Positions 32,201-42,136 of a DNA stretch of 64,000 nucleotides are shown one piece after another. Source of the stretch: a virus; IMG/VR virus record IMGVR_UViG_3300022668_000040, positions 1-64,000 of that record. One strand, given 5' to 3'. The notes under the pieces are model-generated. The model was not told where the DNA came from. It worked only from the letters and a program-made list of their open reading frames with translations, and searched no databases. Made by a program: the position numbers and the translations under genes. Within the stretch, counting starts at the first letter, position 1; each line of letters begins with the position of its first letter.

Positions 32201-35200
32201 AAATCAGGAAGATGATCTATTATTTGGATTTATTGGAAATCAAAAAGATGGGTCCAGCGTTATTGCAGATTTTTCTATACATAATAAGCAGATAACAAAT
32301 GAGGGATGTACTCATTCCACGCAGTATATGAATAAAACTCTAGCTTCAGTTTTGTTTGAATCTAGTAGATTATTGATAGAACCATTTGATCTTCCTCTTT
32401 TTTGGAATGATATGACCATTGAATGGTGGGAATTTCGTATTAAAGGTGTATCTGCCAGTGCTATTCTTACTAATAGAGTACCAGGAGGAGAGTATACAGG
32501 AATGCTGATAGGATATCAATATGGTAGCAATATGTTGTGTTACATGAGATCAAATAAAAGTGCTTCGTGGGATATTTTAAGTGGAGTATCTATGGGCGCT
32601 ATAGATTATCTCACTTGGAATCATTTTGCCATTTCTAAAAAAGGGAATATATATAGAACATTTAAAAATGGTATTAAAATTAGTGAAGTTTCCTCTGATT
32701 TGATTCCTTATAATTCCACAAATCCAATAAAAATTGGACAAGATCAGAATTACTTTTCTGGAGCAATACAGAGTTTGCGGGTATCTCAAAAGTGTAAATA
32801 TGTGGAGAATTTTACACCAGTTATGAACTCAGATGGGCTTGTGTCCTATTCTAGGTTAGCCATTGAACACGTTCAAACAGGTCAGCAATGTTATGCTGAG
32901 ATTGCTTGTATAAAAGAAGATAATTTAGATATTTTTGTTAATATTCCCTCAATTTCAGATACTACAGATGAGGATTTATTACTAATATATGGCAATGAGT
33001 TAGACGAGAACTCTGACTATGTTTCCATTACCGGAGAAGATCGAATTAATTCGTTACTCAGATCTTGTGTTATCAATGATGAGTACTCAAACTCTGTTGT
33101 ATGGAGAACTCCAATTCCGCCAGAAATGTTTTCAGATATTCCTTCTGGGAAAAAAATAGCTTTTATATTTCCGCATATGGGTAATGATTACACTGTACAG
33201 GGTGTGTTTATAGGGCTACAAGCATCTTCAGGAGGGGCCTCAGATTTTGAACCAGGAACCAAAGTCCAACTAACATTTAATGGTGGAGATAATGGATCTT
33301 TAATTACATCCACTAATAATACTACAGATTTTGTTTTATTTAATTTTGGGGAATTAGATACTATAGTTATCTCCTTTCAACAAGTTAGTGGTAGTCAGCC
33401 TCGTAATACTGGAGAAAATGGGCTTACTACCTATTATAAATTTACTACAGATGAAGTATCCGGGGATGATGTAGTAAGTGGATTGTCTACTACACCATAT
33501 ATTATGAGGCCATTACATGTGATTACGGAGCCCGAAAGACCATATCAAAAGGTTTGGGATGATTCTTTCCTATCTGTATACCATTTAGTAAACAGCAGTA
33601 GTGGTGCAGAATCTGTGTACGACTCCACTATTAATAAAAATCATTTAACCCCATATGGTAGTTTGCCAGGGAAAATTACCACAGAGGATGGACTTTCATT
33701 TTCTAGTAGTTCAAACGATTATATAAATGGGACGGGGGATTTTTCCAGCATTATAGATGAATATTCCCTGGAAGTGTTCCAAAAATGGAATACGATTCCT
33801 GGGGAATGGGACACTGTTATTCGTATAGGGCAAGCAAATCAAGCCGGGGCTATTATGATGGGGACATACTCAACATCTTCTTATTGGGATGTTGGTGTAT
33901 GGTATGATCATTTACAATCCTCTACTCCTTTAAATAGTGATATGCAGCATACTGCCATAACATTTGAAAATGGGGATGCTAAAATTATTCAAAATGGAGT
34001 TTTTGGAGGAACTAATTCTGTAGCTTTACAAACTTTTACTGAGTTTTCTACTATTTTTATTGGTGGGGATACTCAAGGAAGTGGAACAGAAATGAGTGAT
34101 CAGACTATTAAGGAGATACGTATATCAAACACTGCAAGGAGTCAGCATTGGTTACGGGCCACAGAATACTCTCTTCATGATAATTTATTATTATATATTG
34201 ATCATTCTGCGCATGAATCCCCGTTATCTGGATGGGAAGAGCATCAGCCAGTAACGGCAATAATTTCTGCAAATGATGTAAATACTACGGTAACAGACTT
34301 TCCTGTTATGATACGAATTTCACAAGAATCAGGCAAAAATGCTGTGAATTTATTTCATATTTTGAATGAGTTTAGAAGCCAAGGCACTTTTGCAGGAAAT
34401 GTTATCCAATCATATGAATTTAATTCTACAAACAGATTAGATGGTATGTTTATGGATAATTTGCAATTTTCCTCCAACAACTTGTTTATGGAAAATCACG
34501 CAATGGAGTTTTTTCAAGATGGGAGTTCTACTATAACTCTTTCACCAAAATTAAGAGATGTATTGGTTCAAGAGGATCTCACCTATTGTTTTTGGATAAA
34601 TCCTTATGCTAGTAGGAATACTTCAGGATCTGATACAAAAAAATCCATATTTGGTACCAAATATAGTGCTGAGGTAGCTATAATATATCATTATGCAGAA
34701 TATGTAGAATTTTATATGGATAGTGACTTAATTAGAACCTCAGATGGGAGTGTTCCATTACATAAATGGACTTTTGTGGTTTTTGTAAGAAATAAAGAGG
34801 AAGATACGGTCAAAATTTATCTAAACAATAAAGTGGCTGCACAGGGAACTTATAATTATTCCTTATCTTATTCAAATTGGCCTATACTTCTTGGAGATAG
34901 TCAAACTGATTATCCATTTGTTGGTGGACTTTCAGATTTTATGATATTTGACAGAGCTTTACTCCCAGAAGAAATACATCAGATATATTTTAATAGAAGG
35001 TATGTAACGTTCAAAAATGTTTGGAGTGTATCTATATTTACGGCACAAAGTGAATTTCCTTTGTTTTTAAATGAAACTATTTCTTCTATTAATATAGAAG
35101 CCACAGAAAATGGACAATATGTGTCCCTGTGTTTTACCACTGATCAAAATACCTATTGGATATATTCTGGTTCTAACTGGGTTGCGATAGCTTCTAATGA

Positions 35201-35759
35201 TGAAAATATTCATGGGGATGTTGGAAGTGATGCTTGGCATTTTAAAAATTCTGCTGATGTATGGACATTATCTTCTAGTAATGAACCTATGAATACAATT
35301 GCTATGGCATTAGATTTCCAAGAAAATAGGATGGGCTATAGTACGGTAAATAATTTAAACCAAACAGCTATCCATGAATTATTTTCTTCAATAGAAGGTG
35401 TTTTTGATGTGGCTATAGGGTTAAAAACTAATAATGATTATGAGTTGCCAGAAGTAACAAAGGTAAAATACAATAATTCAGAATATTGGGTATCTAAAGT
35501 ATATGATTTAGCTTATATGGATGGGGCAATAGTCTCTTCAAATGTTAGTTGGATTTATAGGGATTCTTCAGACCATATCAAAGTGTTTGTTATGATCACT
35601 GGTAATCCCAATTGGGTAGAATGCACTAATAACAGTCCTATCCCTGGAATTACTTACCAAATGAATACAGTAGGAAAAGTTATGCAATTTAAAGTGGTAT
35701 TTGACTTTGATACAAATGCAAGCCCTGATGATATAGAGCTTGCAGTAAAATTGATATGA
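29214..35759 (+). CDS. giant LamG/ConA-like and DUF2341-repeat adhesin (receptor-binding/tail fibre)
   Basis: Several LamG repeats (WVHFVV...KIYVDG, WNHFAI...FKNG, WTFVVF...IYLN) and DUF2341-like IWVKVPTIS / VWD...VYHL repeats; ATG 29214 overlaps the upstream gene end. Confidence 0.75.
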   Translation: MHIKKRYISNVFLAVTAKQKLSGNVSSPSSGLSTIFILDRNTMNLIATTIADPQTGDWVCYVPFRNDEQLIAICRDESGDFNADIYDRISLCTNDYVHVVEFNSIVIPGEDLFFMLESPKQTGAVAGFPHEVQHRDLKSTISTIGCGNNLNESIFKNISEVQLSIGEGGDIPEVVPGSLINGNSGIWPELTTDDRENRGVKTPDIFGDSSCRLCLDFKDGLLIDKTGTQIVEYAKSQFRAAPGKYNSGFGNANLSFHNIFDLGINFISGEANALSFWVNINELEYTGADTYIVHHSSDYGFRLGFRPSTRTIYLSVGSDTSWSINNQYITLPVYPYVYFAYNSWVHFVVSIGVSSSKIYVDGQLVKTFTGNGFTASTGTLIFNSELTNRGTKSTFDIIRVFNREITDGEAIQLFEEKKMSTVSVTGIYGVNPAITDKLILNGLSSPPICNFRLDGHFADVSDSNFSGYLDGVFFNNDFINFDGTNGIHSSELSTDIGTGSVGDEGAIDLLCKFSLEDITNIGTSCLYKSGDNSNGIALGFNAVGDLCIFGCLSGTVTAISISLSYLTDNGWYYVIGSKKELILLNEKLEKIASSKGTIEVGNGSNQQSVGIVVAGSPLTATAGGPIQGFIGSIEKVGIYEENTLSVDFLDNLQLACEVGSTGQQCYGEVSKWDILDDEIIIWVKVPTISNAEDTVLRFYFSAGAVPNTTYMGHTGDVQAQQVWDSNYVAVYHLESDGTTIKDSTANSNNLTLSGGSIEEGIIFDGVSDYAFVDSSTLKLGDGDFSYEVLLKRTSQQSSLGIVMTGGQTGSLLSPILGIMPNSEVIQFGTDVGYIYGGTLSYDSEYVAATYDGLGQFSGLSLYVDGASISTNTQGAFSGFSNSAEYFTVAAELDDGALSKFFEGNIQEVRVSSIKRNADWIALTNKSISDNLITFIGNYVKPSLSGYENAKSMHIQIDATKIGEQLSNFPILLQINANAGINGTDLSEILTELRTPKNQEDDLLFGFIGNQKDGSSVIADFSIHNKQITNEGCTHSTQYMNKTLASVLFESSRLLIEPFDLPLFWNDMTIEWWEFRIKGVSASAILTNRVPGGEYTGMLIGYQYGSNMLCYMRSNKSASWDILSGVSMGAIDYLTWNHFAISKKGNIYRTFKNGIKISEVSSDLIPYNSTNPIKIGQDQNYFSGAIQSLRVSQKCKYVENFTPVMNSDGLVSYSRLAIEHVQTGQQCYAEIACIKEDNLDIFVNIPSISDTTDEDLLLIYGNELDENSDYVSITGEDRINSLLRSCVINDEYSNSVVWRTPIPPEMFSDIPSGKKIAFIFPHMGNDYTVQGVFIGLQASSGGASDFEPGTKVQLTFNGGDNGSLITSTNNTTDFVLFNFGELDTIVISFQQVSGSQPRNTGENGLTTYYKFTTDEVSGDDVVSGLSTTPYIMRPLHVITEPERPYQKVWDDSFLSVYHLVNSSSGAESVYDSTINKNHLTPYGSLPGKITTEDGLSFSSSSNDYINGTGDFSSIIDEYSLEVFQKWNTIPGEWDTVIRIGQANQAGAIMMGTYSTSSYWDVGVWYDHLQSSTPLNSDMQHTAITFENGDAKIIQNGVFGGTNSVALQTFTEFSTIFIGGDTQGSGTEMSDQTIKEIRISNTARSQHWLRATEYSLHDNLLLYIDHSAHESPLSGWEEHQPVTAIISANDVNTTVTDFPVMIRISQESGKNAVNLFHILNEFRSQGTFAGNVIQSYEFNSTNRLDGMFMDNLQFSSNNLFMENHAMEFFQDGSSTITLSPKLRDVLVQEDLTYCFWINPYASRNTSGSDTKKSIFGTKYSAEVAIIYHYAEYVEFYMDSDLIRTSDGSVPLHKWTFVVFVRNKEEDTVKIYLNNKVAAQGTYNYSLSYSNWPILLGDSQTDYPFVGGLSDFMIFDRALLPEEIHQIYFNRRYVTFKNVWSVSIFTAQSEFPLFLNETISSINIEATENGQYVSLCFTTDQNTYWIYSGSNWVAIASNDENIHGDVGSDAWHFKNSADVWTLSSSNEPMNTIAMALDFQENRMGYSTVNNLNQTAIHELFSSIEGVFDVAIGLKTNNDYELPEVTKVKYNNSEYWVSKVYDLAYMDGAIVSSNVSWIYRDSSDHIKVFVMITGNPNWVECTNNSPIPGITYQMNTVGKVMQFKVVFDFDTNASPDDIELAVKLI

Positions 35760-35768
35760 GGAAAGAAA

Positions 35769-36326
35769 ATGAGTAAATGGTTGCCCGATAGCACACTTGA
35801 ATTAATTCTAGTAAAAATTCAAAATTCAGAGGAAATAGCTATATGCTCACAGCAGCCACTAACCTATTTCAACGCTGCATGGGGTTCGTTGTGGATTCAA
35901 AATACGGCATATAATTTGGGGGATATTATACACCCACCCACGCAAAATGGACATATTTACGAGTGTGTGGTGGCGGGCACCAGTGATTCCACAGAACCTG
36001 GATGGGGTGTCACACAAGACCAGGAGTTTGTGGATGGTGGAGTAACTTGGAAGACACATGATAATTATTCTTTAGTAAATGCAGCATTATCTCCTAGTGA
36101 TTTAACCATTGGAGAAGGTTCAGTTAGTGGACGAGCCCTGTTTGTAGCACAAAAAGTAGGAGAAATAGTACACACAGGAGGTGCTGTTACACACACAGCA
36201 CTAATTTCTAATACCACAAGAGAATTAAATGCTGTTTCCCTTTCCCAAACAGATGGGGGTGTATTGGAGGAAGGAAAATTAACGGCAATCATAGGATTTA
36301 GCATAGAAGTTGGAGACCCTGAATAA
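35769..36326 (+). CDS. virion protein with small carbohydrate-binding-type module
   Basis: W.QNTAYNLGD..HP...NG.IYEC..AGTS...EP.W...DGGVTW. Confidence 0.6.
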   Translation: MSKWLPDSTLELILVKIQNSEEIAICSQQPLTYFNAAWGSLWIQNTAYNLGDIIHPPTQNGHIYECVVAGTSDSTEPGWGVTQDQEFVDGGVTWKTHDNYSLVNAALSPSDLTIGEGSVSGRALFVAQKVGEIVHTGGAVTHTALISNTTRELNAVSLSQTDGGVLEEGKLTAIIGFSIEVGDPE

Positions 36327-38578
36327 TGGTGTATACCCCAAAAACATGTGACGATATATTATTTCAGTTAGGAGGTACATATACCCCTCCAAATTGTGGT
36401 AGTATTGATTTTACTTTTGGGGATACTTTAACTCAAATAGTCACAACAAATAATCTGCTGATTTCTATTTCATTATCTCAGCCCATTGTTTTATCTGGGG
36501 AGATAATTCAAACAGAAAATGAGATTATTCCTATATCTGCATCCACAAACGATGTAGAACAGTTGACCAACATTATTTCTGAAAACAGCACCATTCCTAT
36601 TTTGGGATCTTCTACAGAAGTGTGGATGATTCCAACAATAATAACTTCGGATATAAACGTTGACGTTTATATTAATTCTTTGGACATACCTGAACCAAAG
36701 GAGTATGACCTTCCTGTTGGATTTGGTGGATTACTAGGAAGATTATTTTTTTGGGGCAATGCTACACCAGTAGATAAACACTTATCAATGTCTTTTAGTG
36801 AAGGCATTCATATTGATAAAAAAGAAACTCTATCTGTTGATATTACAGAAGATTTAGATTCCTCCACATCTTCATCTTGGAAATCTCAAGATATTGTGGA
36901 TGTGGTTGTTCATTCTTCTTACAGGAAGTATCAGTACCTGATTGATATTTCTGTAAGTAGTTCGTACATGGGAATAATGAATTATGTAGATTTAACATAT
37001 GATAGTTCTTGGAAAGATTTTAGAAAGCAATATGATTGGCAAATTTCTACTCCCTACAAGTCTCCATTATCTAAAGATATCCATAAGGGTATATCATACG
37101 GTACACCGAGTAAGGAAGACAAAGGGCAATCTATTGTTTGGAGTGAGCCAGGGGGGACAGATATAGAAAAAATTCAGACCTGGGGACCTTACAGCTATTT
37201 CAAACTGTGTGAAGATGATCATAAATATTATCCCCCAAAAGCATGCTCCCCCGTAAATTTTGCGTTTCCTTCTAAATACGAATTAAGACCTAATGTATGT
37301 GAAGGAGTGAAGTTTTTTCTTTCCGGTTTTGCTACAAAACCAGATCCACGTTGTCCTTGGGATCATTATCATAGTGGCATAAGAGATAGATATCCAGGAA
37401 TTTTGGTAAATGTTACTAAATTTCCATCCCCAAAAAAGGTGTATTATATGTTTAATACCATATTTGTAAGTGAATTGATAACAAATCGTCCTATTGAAGT
37501 TTTCCAAGTATCTGCTTCTATCGATAGAGATAGTTGGCTATGGCAATTTAATTTGACTATTGCTTCCAGAGATTGTCTTGAGTTGATAAAACCAAAAGAT
37601 GGGGTATTTACGCATATAAAAATAGTAATGAATGGGTATGTTTGGTTTTGTACAGTAGAAGGGTGGAAAGAGAATAGAACACACACCAAACAATCTTGGA
37701 CAGTATATGGGAGATCCCCTTCTCTAATGCTAGCTGCTCCAGTACACCAAAAAGAAACATATACAGAAACTTCTGCTTTGCAGGGACAAACTCTTTTCAG
37801 TCAAATTGTAGGGGGAGCAAATATTCCAAATTATTGGCCTACACAATTTCAAAGTTGGACAGATGATTGGAGCACATATAACAATACATGTACAGGGTTT
37901 ACTCCTTACTCCTCCTGGTATATCCCAGAGAATACATTATCTTATTCAGATAAGACACCTATTGAAGTAATGAAAGATTTGGCTGGAGCTATTGGAGCAT
38001 ACATTCAAACTGATCCTGAAGATCCGACAGTGCATGTCAAGCCTTTATATGCTCACCAACCTTGGGATTGGGACAATACTAATTCTAATATAGATTGGAA
38101 GCCAATTATTGAAGATCAATGTGTGGAAATAGCTAGTTCTTCAAATCTAAAATCATATTACCAAGCTGTGCAGGTAATGGGGGAAGCTGTGGGGGGATCA
38201 AATTCAGGTACAGGATCTGATGCATCCAATACAGCCATATTTGCGGATGTGTGTCGAGATGGATGGTGTGGGGGTGGGGCCACCTATGCACCTATGGAAA
38301 CTCACCCTTTAATAACCAGCACTAAAGCAGCGCTGGAAAAAGGACGTATGATCTTAGGGAACACAGGAGAGTGGGTGGATCATACTTTACGCCTTAATGT
38401 ATTATGCCCCGGCTCTGATTCATCGGGACTATTTCTACCCGGAGACATGATTACAGTTTTGGAACGAGGAACTCCTTGGTATGGGCAGGTAACAGGCACG
38501 TCTGTCACTGCATCTATGTCAGGATCTGCATTTACCATATCACAACAAATAGAAGTTGAAGAATATATTGGAGAATAA
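36326..38578 (+). CDS. baseplate hub / tail-tip protein
   Basis: SIDRDSWLWQF, GRSPS..LAAP, TPIEV...LA.AIGA, GLFLPGD. Confidence 0.6.
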   Translation: MVYTPKTCDDILFQLGGTYTPPNCGSIDFTFGDTLTQIVTTNNLLISISLSQPIVLSGEIIQTENEIIPISASTNDVEQLTNIISENSTIPILGSSTEVWMIPTIITSDINVDVYINSLDIPEPKEYDLPVGFGGLLGRLFFWGNATPVDKHLSMSFSEGIHIDKKETLSVDITEDLDSSTSSSWKSQDIVDVVVHSSYRKYQYLIDISVSSSYMGIMNYVDLTYDSSWKDFRKQYDWQISTPYKSPLSKDIHKGISYGTPSKEDKGQSIVWSEPGGTDIEKIQTWGPYSYFKLCEDDHKYYPPKACSPVNFAFPSKYELRPNVCEGVKFFLSGFATKPDPRCPWDHYHSGIRDRYPGILVNVTKFPSPKKVYYMFNTIFVSELITNRPIEVFQVSASIDRDSWLWQFNLTIASRDCLELIKPKDGVFTHIKIVMNGYVWFCTVEGWKENRTHTKQSWTVYGRSPSLMLAAPVHQKETYTETSALQGQTLFSQIVGGANIPNYWPTQFQSWTDDWSTYNNTCTGFTPYSSWYIPENTLSYSDKTPIEVMKDLAGAIGAYIQTDPEDPTVHVKPLYAHQPWDWDNTNSNIDWKPIIEDQCVEIASSSNLKSYYQAVQVMGEAVGGSNSGTGSDASNTAIFADVCRDGWCGGGATYAPMETHPLITSTKAALEKGRMILGNTGEWVDHTLRLNVLCPGSDSSGLFLPGDMITVLERGTPWYGQVTGTSVTASMSGSAFTISQQIEVEEYIGE

Positions 38579-38580
38579 TA

Positions 38581-38838
38581 ATGGCAAATCCTTGGGTATC
38601 CTTCCTATCTTTATTACCTAAAAATAAAAGATGGATAGGAAAAATAAAATCTATTAATTCCATAACGGCAACTGCCACTATTGAGATTCCTATTGGAATG
38701 GGAGGGGCAAGTGGATCTGATATTATGCTACCTACAAATAATTCCTATTCTGTGGGGGAGTATGTCTTTATAGAGGGCAATTCTATAGTAGGCAAAGCCC
38801 CGAATTTACGTACTGTTTCCCAGGAAATAATTTATTGA
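38581..38838 (+). CDS. small tail-tip protein
   Basis: MANPW..F..LLP...VG.YVFI....I.G.AP pattern. Confidence 0.6.
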   Translation: MANPWVSFLSLLPKNKRWIGKIKSINSITATATIEIPIGMGGASGSDIMLPTNNSYSVGEYVFIEGNSIVGKAPNLRTVSQEIIY

Positions 38839-38863
38839 CTTAATGAGTTTAATTCTTTATACT
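38835..38863 (+). promoter_or_regulatory. sigma70-like promoter
   Basis: TTGACT, 17-nt spacer, TATACT, overlapping the upstream stop codon. Confidence 0.55.
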
Positions 38864-38888
38864 TAAAAGAAATACTTTGGTATAGTAT

Positions 38889-39281
38889 ATGGCAAATAAA
38901 ATTAAAAATTTTTATCAGGGAACCACACGCAGATACTCAATAAATGTACTTATAGAAGATGAATTGGGAGAACAATCCATAGTCTCTGTAGACGGAGCCA
39001 TCTTGTTAGTAACATTCAAATCTGATGTGTACATGGAAGATGAAGACGCGGAAATTTATAAGCGTCAAGTTTGTGCTGAAGTAGACCCAAGCAATCCTAC
39101 AGGAAAGATAGAAATTTCTTTATCTAAAGAAGATACTGCTGTTCCTCCAGGGAAATACTATTATTATTTCCAAATATTATTTCCAAATGGCACACTATAT
39201 ACAATCCTACCGGATGTAAATGCAGAAAAAGCTGATAAAATCGTACACATAAAAAAACGAGTTAGAGATGAGGCCGTGTAA
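38889..39281 (+). CDS. BppU-N-like virion protein
   Basis: YQG.T, GKIEISLSKEDT..PPGKYYY.FQ. Confidence 0.55.
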   Translation: MANKIKNFYQGTTRRYSINVLIEDELGEQSIVSVDGAILLVTFKSDVYMEDEDAEIYKRQVCAEVDPSNPTGKIEISLSKEDTAVPPGKYYYYFQILFPNGTLYTILPDVNAEKADKIVHIKKRVRDEAV

Positions 39282-39727
39282 TGAGTGCTTGTGAATGCAT
39301 TGTTGTAAATATAGCAGAAAAGGAGGAAATCACTTGTACCATTCATGAAGAAAAAATACTCTGCACAATTGTAGAAAATGAACCAATTAATATAACTGGT
39401 CATTTTGCAACTGAAGATATCAAAAATGCAATTTGGAGACATTCTATACAGTTTTCAGCAGATTCTTTTTCTGGAAATACTCTATACATTGGTACGCCCC
39501 CGGAAAATTATATGATTATAGCTGTACAACTGATTGTTTCTGAGCCATTTGATACATCTTTATTATTGGGAACACTAGATAACACTTCTGAAATTGGAGT
39601 TGTTCCAATAGAAAAAATTGGAGATCTTAGATGGTCTCCAATGATCAATATACAGGGATCACTTAATATTTTTACAACTTCAGCTCCTACAAAAGGTGCT
39701 GGAAAATTGCTAATAATCGCTATATGA
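39281..39727 (+). CDS. hypothetical virion protein
   Basis: Translationally coupled 148-aa ORF. Confidence 0.55.
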   Translation: MSACECIVVNIAEKEEITCTIHEEKILCTIVENEPINITGHFATEDIKNAIWRHSIQFSADSFSGNTLYIGTPPENYMIIAVQLIVSEPFDTSLLLGTLDNTSEIGVVPIEKIGDLRWSPMINIQGSLNIFTTSAPTKGAGKLLIIAI

Positions 39728-39736
39728 GGTACACAT

Positions 39737-40153
39737 ATGTCTTACACTGACATGGATTTGCAAGGAACAGGAGAGCCCGACTTTGAAATTGGAGGGGTAG
39801 CCAATTCGTGGAGCACTTCTACAAATCCTCCCATTCTTTTGAATACTGCACTCATTGCAGCTGAGAGCACTGCTGAGCTTTCCGAAGGAGCCAGAATTAA
39901 AGAAATTATTTTTGTTGTCACCACTGGATACGATAACAATTCGCAACTTGCTTCCAGGATCGAGGGGACAACTAATTTGAATCTTCCCACACTTCCGGCG
40001 GCGCAGGCTGCTACACCTGGAGTATATAAGTACTCCACAGGATGGACAGTTGGATCTGGAGAAAATGGGCCTCTGGTGGTTACCCCATCAGACACCCCTA
40101 CTGTGGGTGCCTGTCAAGTATTTCTGTATTATGACGATGCTCCGGCTGAGTAA
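39737..40153 (+). CDS. hypothetical virion (decoration-like) protein
   Basis: GAGGT SD; beta-rich, C-terminal PTVGA.QVFL.Y similar to the preceding ORF end. Confidence 0.55.
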   Translation: MSYTDMDLQGTGEPDFEIGGVANSWSTSTNPPILLNTALIAAESTAELSEGARIKEIIFVVTTGYDNNSQLASRIEGTTNLNLPTLPAAQAATPGVYKYSTGWTVGSGENGPLVVTPSDTPTVGACQVFLYYDDAPAE

Positions 40154-40156
40154 ATT

Positions 40157-41638
40157 ATGGATTCTTGGGTAGGAATGGATGATGACCATAGCTCCCAATG
40201 GACTGTGGCGGCTGCTGAGGCCGCCACATACATTGAAGGGGAGCAAGTGTTTATCTGGGAAACAGGGAATACATATTACTGCTCTTTGTCTAGTGGAGAA
40301 ACAGTAGATCACTCTGATTTTACCATACTTAGTTGTGGTAATGGCGGAGATGCCAGATTAATATTGATAGGGAAAAATATTAATTTTTCAAGGATTACAC
40401 CTGATGCTAGTAATATTGTTGGATCTGTTACTACAGATCCAAGCTTATCCAATTTATTAAATTTAATATGGAGTTCTGGATTATTTTCTGGATTTTCCCT
40501 AACTGACAATAATAATGGTACTGTAAGTATTTCTAGTGGAGAAGGGGTATTACGTGTATCAGATTCTCCCACAGCTCAATTAAAACTTATCACAACACCC
40601 GCTTCAAATAATATTCAGTTAACTGATAATTCTATAAATTATTTATATGTAAATTACGATTCTGGAAATCCAAGCATCCAGGTCGGCACTTCTGAATCAG
40701 AATTCAATTGCTTAGATAAATGTGTTTTGTATCGAATATCTCGAACTGGTAACACTATCCATTATATTAATTTAATGGCAAATAACATTGATGCCAATAG
40801 ATCTTTACGTAGGAAAGATTTTGAGATATCCAATATAGATATTGGTATTGGAGCAAAATTATTTGAGATTGGAAATAGATATATTGGAATAACAGCAGGT
40901 AGTTTTTGGGTAATTTTATCCAGAATTTCTACTGAAGCTTTTGATTCTTCAGCAAGTGATACATTTGAGGTACATTATAGAGATGGTTCGGGAGGATGGA
41001 CCACTTCTACTGGAAATTCTCAACTTAGTAATCTCTATTATGATAACAATACTGGATCACCAACTACTTTAACTAACGGACGATTTGTAACTTACTTTGT
41101 TTTTGCTTGCTTGTCAGAAAATGGATACTCTGTATCTGTAGTAATGGGACAATTCCAACATAAAACAAGGGAGGATGCAGAAAATGAAAAGATACCCTCA
41201 GATCTACCTAGTAAAATTCAAGCTGTTGGCACTATTTTATCTTTAGTAACTATTGAAAAAAATAATACTAATTTTTCTTCTTATATAAATGTGGAACATT
41301 CCTCATTTCAGAGATCTTTACCAACAATACATAACAATATAAATGGATTGCAGGGAGGGGAAACTGGGGAATATTACCATTTACCAAGTGATGACTTTGT
41401 TAATATTACAGATAGCAACGCACAGCTTGGTAATTTGCTCACTTCAGGAACACCTACATTCCTTTCTATATTATTATCCAAAGGAATTAAATTAGGAAAT
41501 GATACTTCAATTGCCTCTTCCACTAATGAAGGGACTATTAGGTTTAGAAAAGAAACCAATAGTGTACATCTGGAGCTGTCTGTGGCTATAGATGGCGTGT
41601 ATTCCTGGCAACCTATAATGGACCCAATAACTTGGTAA
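40157..41638 (+). CDS. tail fibre-associated protein
   Basis: LTDNS.NY.YV.Y, YRDGSGGW, HN..NGLQGG...EYYHL motifs seen in phage fibre proteins. Confidence 0.6.
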   Translation: MDSWVGMDDDHSSQWTVAAAEAATYIEGEQVFIWETGNTYYCSLSSGETVDHSDFTILSCGNGGDARLILIGKNINFSRITPDASNIVGSVTTDPSLSNLLNLIWSSGLFSGFSLTDNNNGTVSISSGEGVLRVSDSPTAQLKLITTPASNNIQLTDNSINYLYVNYDSGNPSIQVGTSESEFNCLDKCVLYRISRTGNTIHYINLMANNIDANRSLRRKDFEISNIDIGIGAKLFEIGNRYIGITAGSFWVILSRISTEAFDSSASDTFEVHYRDGSGGWTTSTGNSQLSNLYYDNNTGSPTTLTNGRFVTYFVFACLSENGYSVSVVMGQFQHKTREDAENEKIPSDLPSKIQAVGTILSLVTIEKNNTNFSSYINVEHSSFQRSLPTIHNNINGLQGGETGEYYHLPSDDFVNITDSNAQLGNLLTSGTPTFLSILLSKGIKLGNDTSIASSTNEGTIRFRKETNSVHLELSVAIDGVYSWQPIMDPITW

Positions 41639-41639
41639 A

Positions 41640-42136
41640 ATGAAAACCTATTTTTTAAAAATATGCTTCTTGTGTTCTTTGTATTTATCTAGTACCACAG
41701 CATATGCTAATGAAGAAACAGCTGTGTTAGTTGAACGTTTAAAGCATTTACAGGCATCTTTAGAACAGTCTCACACTGCGCTTCAAATGACTGTTACACA
41801 ATTAGAAGAAACAAATGAACACGTCATTGCTCTTCAACAAGATCTAAAAGATTTACAAAGAATTAATACTCAACAAGATAAAATAATCTCCAAATTAGTG
41901 CAAAGTGAGGAAGAAAATACGCGCATAAAAAAAAAGTATATGAAGCTAGGGTATTTATCAACTGTATTTGTAAGTGGGGAACAGTGATAATCACAGTTGT
42001 GCTCCCGGCAGGATTGGGATTTATTTGGAAAAGAAAAATTAAACTGACAGTGGGTAAAATAAACGAAACTCTCAGTATGATTGAAAAAAGTATTAGAGAC
42101 AAACCTATCGACAAAGAGGAAAATAAAAATGGATAA
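41640..42136 (+). CDS. signal peptide + coiled-coil protein; 0 frame stops at 41987, -1 frame (A9 run) adds a TM helix and ends at 42136
   Basis: A-AAA-AAG at 41930-41936; -1 frame open 41909-42136 and overlapping the next ATG. Confidence 0.6.

Noticed and set aside
29214-38578. Diversity-generating retroelement targeting tail proteins
   Set aside because: No reverse transcriptase in the window and no adenine-mismatched TR/VR pair noticed by eye
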